A stretch of DNA of 31,049 nt, from the sequence record SRR31156797_2215; one strand, 5' to 3'. The number at the start of each line of letters is the position of its first letter. Positions within the stretch are counted from its first letter, which is position 1. The position numbers and the translations under genes are program-made. Of the stretch, positions 27,897-31,049 are shown piece after piece. The notes beneath the pieces were generated by a model. The model was not told the DNA's origin and did no database searches. It saw only the letters and a list, made by a program, of their open reading frames with translations.

Positions 27897-29579
27897 TTAT
27901 TTACGGTTGCGATTTCTTTGGCTTGATTCCATGATGACCGGCAAGATGACTGGACGGCGTTTGGTTTGTTCAAACAAGAAACGACTCAAACGATCACGGA
28001 TATCTTGTTTCAATTTGCTCCATTCAAACTCTTCATCATGAAGGTGTTTTTCTACGATTTCTTCTACGATCTCGCCACTTTCACGAATCAGGTCACGGCT
28101 GGCTTTCACGTAGACAAACCCGCGAGAAGTGATTTGAGGGGCAGAAATAATTTTCTTTTCGCGACGATTGATCGTCACTACTGCAACGAAAATTCCATCT
28201 TCAGATAAGACTTTGCGGTCTCGCAGGACGATATTCCCAATATCTCCGACACCGATCCCGTCGATCATGACGTTCTCAGCTGGGACCGCACCTGCGGCGA
28301 TCATTTCGCCTTTTTTGTATTCTAAAACATCCCCGCGTGCAGTAATGAAGATATTTTTCATCGGAATCCCGACTTCTTGCGCCAAGTCCACATGGGCGGC
28401 TAATTGGCGGTACTCGCCTTGAATAGGGATAAAGTACTTCGGTTTCATCATATTCAACATCAGCTGCAGATCATTCGGGTTGGCATGACCAGAAACACGG
28501 AAATTATCCGAGATCTGTTTCACGGTACCGCCAGCGCGATAGATGATATCTTCCGTTTTCGCAACCACCGTTTCCATTGCCGTTGTCGGCGTCGTCGTGA
28601 TGTAAACAAGATCTCCTTCTTTGATACGCAGCGTCCGGTGAGAGCCGTTGGCCATTTTTTGCAACGCTTTGATTGGTTCCCCCATGCGTCCTGTTTCTAA
28701 AATCAACAACTGTTCGTCTGAGTATTTTTTCATTTCTTTTTGGGTGATCAGCAAGTCTTCGGCAGGTAATTTTAATTTCCCTAACTTCATGGCCGTTTTG
28801 ATGATCCGACCAAAATCTTGACCAGTCAAAACGACTTTGCGGTCAGAACGAAACGCCGCATCTAATACTTGTTGCACCCGTTGCAAATTGCTAGCAACGC
28901 TAGCGACAATGATCCGACCTTCCCAGTAACGGATATTGTCATAAACTTCATCTTGGATCGTCAATTCAGAAGCAATCGGCGTTGGATTTTCGGCATTTGA
29001 GGACGTACTTAGCAATGCTAAGACTCCTTCTTTTCCAATTTCCGCTAAGCGGCCAAAATCGGTTTGATACATAGGTATCGCTGTTTGGTCAAACTTGAAA
29101 TCTCCTGTATAAACGATATTGCCAGCTTCTGTTTTTACGCTGATTCCAACAGAATCAGGGATAGAGTGGGTCGTACGGAAAAAGCTGATGGTCGCATGGC
29201 CAAAGTCGATCTCCGAATGTTCATCGATCACATGAAAATCTTTGAAGCGCTTGGTAGCTTCATTTTTATTCACGGTCAATTTTGCTAGTTCGATCGTTAA
29301 CTCGGTCCCAAAGACCGGTACTTGGATATTCTCCAAGAAATAAGGCAATGCACCAATCGCATCTGCATGCCCGTGGGTCAAGAAGACACCCGCCACACGG
29401 TCGGCATTTTCTTCTAAATATGTGAAGTCTGGAATCACTGTATCGATCCCTAATAATTCATTTTCTGGATAACGGACACCGCAATCCAGCACAAATATAT
29501 CCTCGCCAACTTCAGCAATGTACATGTTCTTTCCGTTTTCGCGTACACCGCCAAGAGGAATGATTTTTATCGTTTCCAC
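27897..29579 (-). CDS. rnjB: Ribonuclease J2
   Basis: PLGGVRENGKN, degenerate MBL motif HGHADAIG (J1 has HGHEDHIG), TGDFKFD, SGHA, DGIGVGDIG, TKRRPVILP. Confidence 0.92.
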   Translation of the reverse strand: METIKIIPLGGVRENGKNMYIAEVGEDIFVLDCGVRYPENELLGIDTVIPDFTYLEENADRVAGVFLTHGHADAIGALPYFLENIQVPVFGTELTIELAKLTVNKNEATKRFKDFHVIDEHSEIDFGHATISFFRTTHSIPDSVGISVKTEAGNIVYTGDFKFDQTAIPMYQTDFGRLAEIGKEGVLALLSTSSNAENPTPIASELTIQDEVYDNIRYWEGRIIVASVASNLQRVQQVLDAAFRSDRKVVLTGQDFGRIIKTAMKLGKLKLPAEDLLITQKEMKKYSDEQLLILETGRMGEPIKALQKMANGSHRTLRIKEGDLVYITTTPTTAMETVVAKTEDIIYRAGGTVKQISDNFRVSGHANPNDLQLMLNMMKPKYFIPIQGEYRQLAAHVDLAQEVGIPMKNIFITARGDVLEYKKGEMIAAGAVPAENVMIDGIGVGDIGNIVLRDRKVLSEDGIFVAVVTINRREKKIISAPQITSRGFVYVKASRDLIRESGEIVEEIVEKHLHDEEFEWSKLKQDIRDRLSRFLFEQTKRRPVILPVIMESSQRNRNRK

Positions 29580-29650
29580 TTTTATTCACCTCTTAATTTT
29601 TTTCTACTGTATTATTTCCCAAGCATAAGCCGTCCCTATTATTATACAAC

Positions 29651-29687
29651 AAAAAAAAGAAAAGCGTGGCATTCACCACACTTTTCT
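29651..29687 (-). terminator. asd terminator
   Basis: AGAAAAG-C-GTGG...CCAC-A-CTTTTCT with a T-tract on the minus strand. Confidence 0.65.
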
Positions 29688-29701
29688 GAAAAACTTATGG
29701 T

Positions 29702-30754
29702 TTACACATGAACTAATCCTTGCTGATGCAGGCTTTCGGCGATTTGAACAGAGTTCCATGCCGCACCTTTCAGCAAATTATCAGAAACGACCCATAAATG
29801 CAAGCCGTTTTCGACATCCAAATCTTTTCGAATCCGACCAACAAAGGTTTCCGTTTTGTCCACACTGGTCAAAGCTTGCGGGTACACTTGTTGACTCGGA
29901 TCATCTTGCAAGACAGCTCCTGGGGCTTCGCTGATCCACTGCCTAACTTCCTCAACACTGGCATGGTCTTTGGTCTCGATATAAATCGACTCCGAATGAC
30001 CGCTAAACACAGGGATTCGCACACACGTAGCTGTTACTTTGATCTGCGCATCTTCCATGATCTTCTTCGTTTCATTGATCATTTTCCACTCTTCGTAAGT
30101 ATAGTCGTCTTCAGCAAAGACATCGATTTGTGGCAAGGCGTTAAACGCGATTGGGTAGTGCTTTTTATCGCTGCCTGCTGGTAAAATCTCAGGATTTAGT
30201 TCATCAGCGGCTTTGCCGGCTAATAGTTCTTGAGATTCACGAGTCAATTCAGCCAAGGCTTGTGCGCCAGCACCTGAAACTGCTTGATACGTTGAAACCA
30301 AGACCCTCGATAAACCGACTTTTTGACGAATCGGTTCTAATGCCACCATCATTTGAATCGTTGAACAATTCGGATTGGCAATGATTCCTTTATGTTGCGC
30401 TAATGCATGAGGATTCACCTCAGGAACGACTAGAGGAACATTCGGATCCATCCGAAAATGACTGGTATTGTCGATTACGACTGCACCGTGTTTGACTGCT
30501 TCTGGAGCAAATTGTTTTGAAATGCCACCACCGGCACTGAACAATGCAATATCGACTCCCGCAAAGGAATCTGCGGTCAGCTCTTGAATAACGAGTGGTT
30601 CATTTTTGAACACAAGGGTCTTCCCAGCAGAACGTTTGGATGCCAACAACGTTATTTTTTTGATCGGCAACGTGGTCTTCTCCAACATCTCAATCATTTT
30701 TGTTCCTACTGCGCCGGTAGCTCCGACAACTGCTATGTGATACCCTGTACTCAT
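29702..30754 (-). CDS. asd: Aspartate-semialdehyde dehydrogenase
   Basis: [28 protein letters not shown] (catalytic Cys), [22 protein letters not shown] at 30754 follows a GAGGAG RBS. Confidence 0.96.
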   Translation of the reverse strand: MSTGYHIAVVGATGAVGTKMIEMLEKTTLPIKKITLLASKRSAGKTLVFKNEPLVIQELTADSFAGVDIALFSAGGGISKQFAPEAVKHGAVVIDNTSHFRMDPNVPLVVPEVNPHALAQHKGIIANPNCSTIQMMVALEPIRQKVGLSRVLVSTYQAVSGAGAQALAELTRESQELLAGKAADELNPEILPAGSDKKHYPIAFNALPQIDVFAEDDYTYEEWKMINETKKIMEDAQIKVTATCVRIPVFSGHSESIYIETKDHASVEEVRQWISEAPGAVLQDDPSQQVYPQALTSVDKTETFVGRIRKDLDVENGLHLWVVSDNLLKGAAWNSVQIAESLHQQGLVHV

Positions 30755-31027
30755 CAAATCACTCCTCGAATAAAAATACATTTTTACTAGTTTATCATAT
30801 CTTGTAAAAAAGAAAAGGCCTTTCGTGGAAAGAAGCGCAAAAAGAAGGCAGAACTATCTAAATTTTCAATCGTTTTCCCCGTTTCAGGAAAAAACTACCT
30901 ATATTTAAGGGTTATCATTTGTCACATTTAGGTGTTATAGGATATAATACCGACAGAAGGAATTTTGGGGAAGATTCTTTCCAACGTGCATGGGGAAATT
31001 AAAAATACCCAAAACATTGAATGAGGC

Positions 31028-31049
31028 AAGAATTGCATATGCAATTCTT
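31028..31049. repeat. Perfect 22-bp palindrome at window end
   Basis: AAGAATTGCAT|ATGCAATTCTT; may extend beyond the window. Confidence 0.7.

Noticed and set aside
27897-29579. RNase J as a damaged gene (HGHADA motif)
   Set aside because: A degenerate metal-binding motif is normal for RNase J2 paralogues in this group.

Overview
Chromosomal window from a low-GC Firmicute, most likely an Enterococcus. The protein sequences and the moderate GC content suggest the E. casseliflavus/gallinarum group; this is an inference. The backbone is housekeeping: asd, rnjB, an MFS efflux pump, ytkL-ytoI-nrnA, phnA/yjdM, a yugP-like peptidase, pyrG, fba, murAB, rho and rpmE2. Interspersed modules are (i) a Listeria qui2-like quinate/shikimate locus (LysR regulator divergent from a QuiC2-like dehydroshikimate dehydratase, a shikimate dehydrogenase and an MFS transporter), (ii) a solo AT-rich Mrr-type nuclease with a zinc ribbon, (iii) a Met T-box-controlled metQNI transporter and (iv) a divergent six-gene DAP/lysine cluster. 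Cis-regulatory RNAs include the pyrG reiterative-transcription attenuator and a probable L31 leader. The most unusual element is not an ORF. It is a ~105-nt tRNA-like RNA at 11504-11608 with candidate promoter and terminator, a canonical T-arm, acceptor- and D-like arms, and a ~24-bp stem replacing the anticodon arm. It resembles the functionally uncharacterised skipping-rope RNA motif. No IS, integrase, prophage or CRISPR array was seen. Family assignments are from motif recognition and recall; no searches were run.
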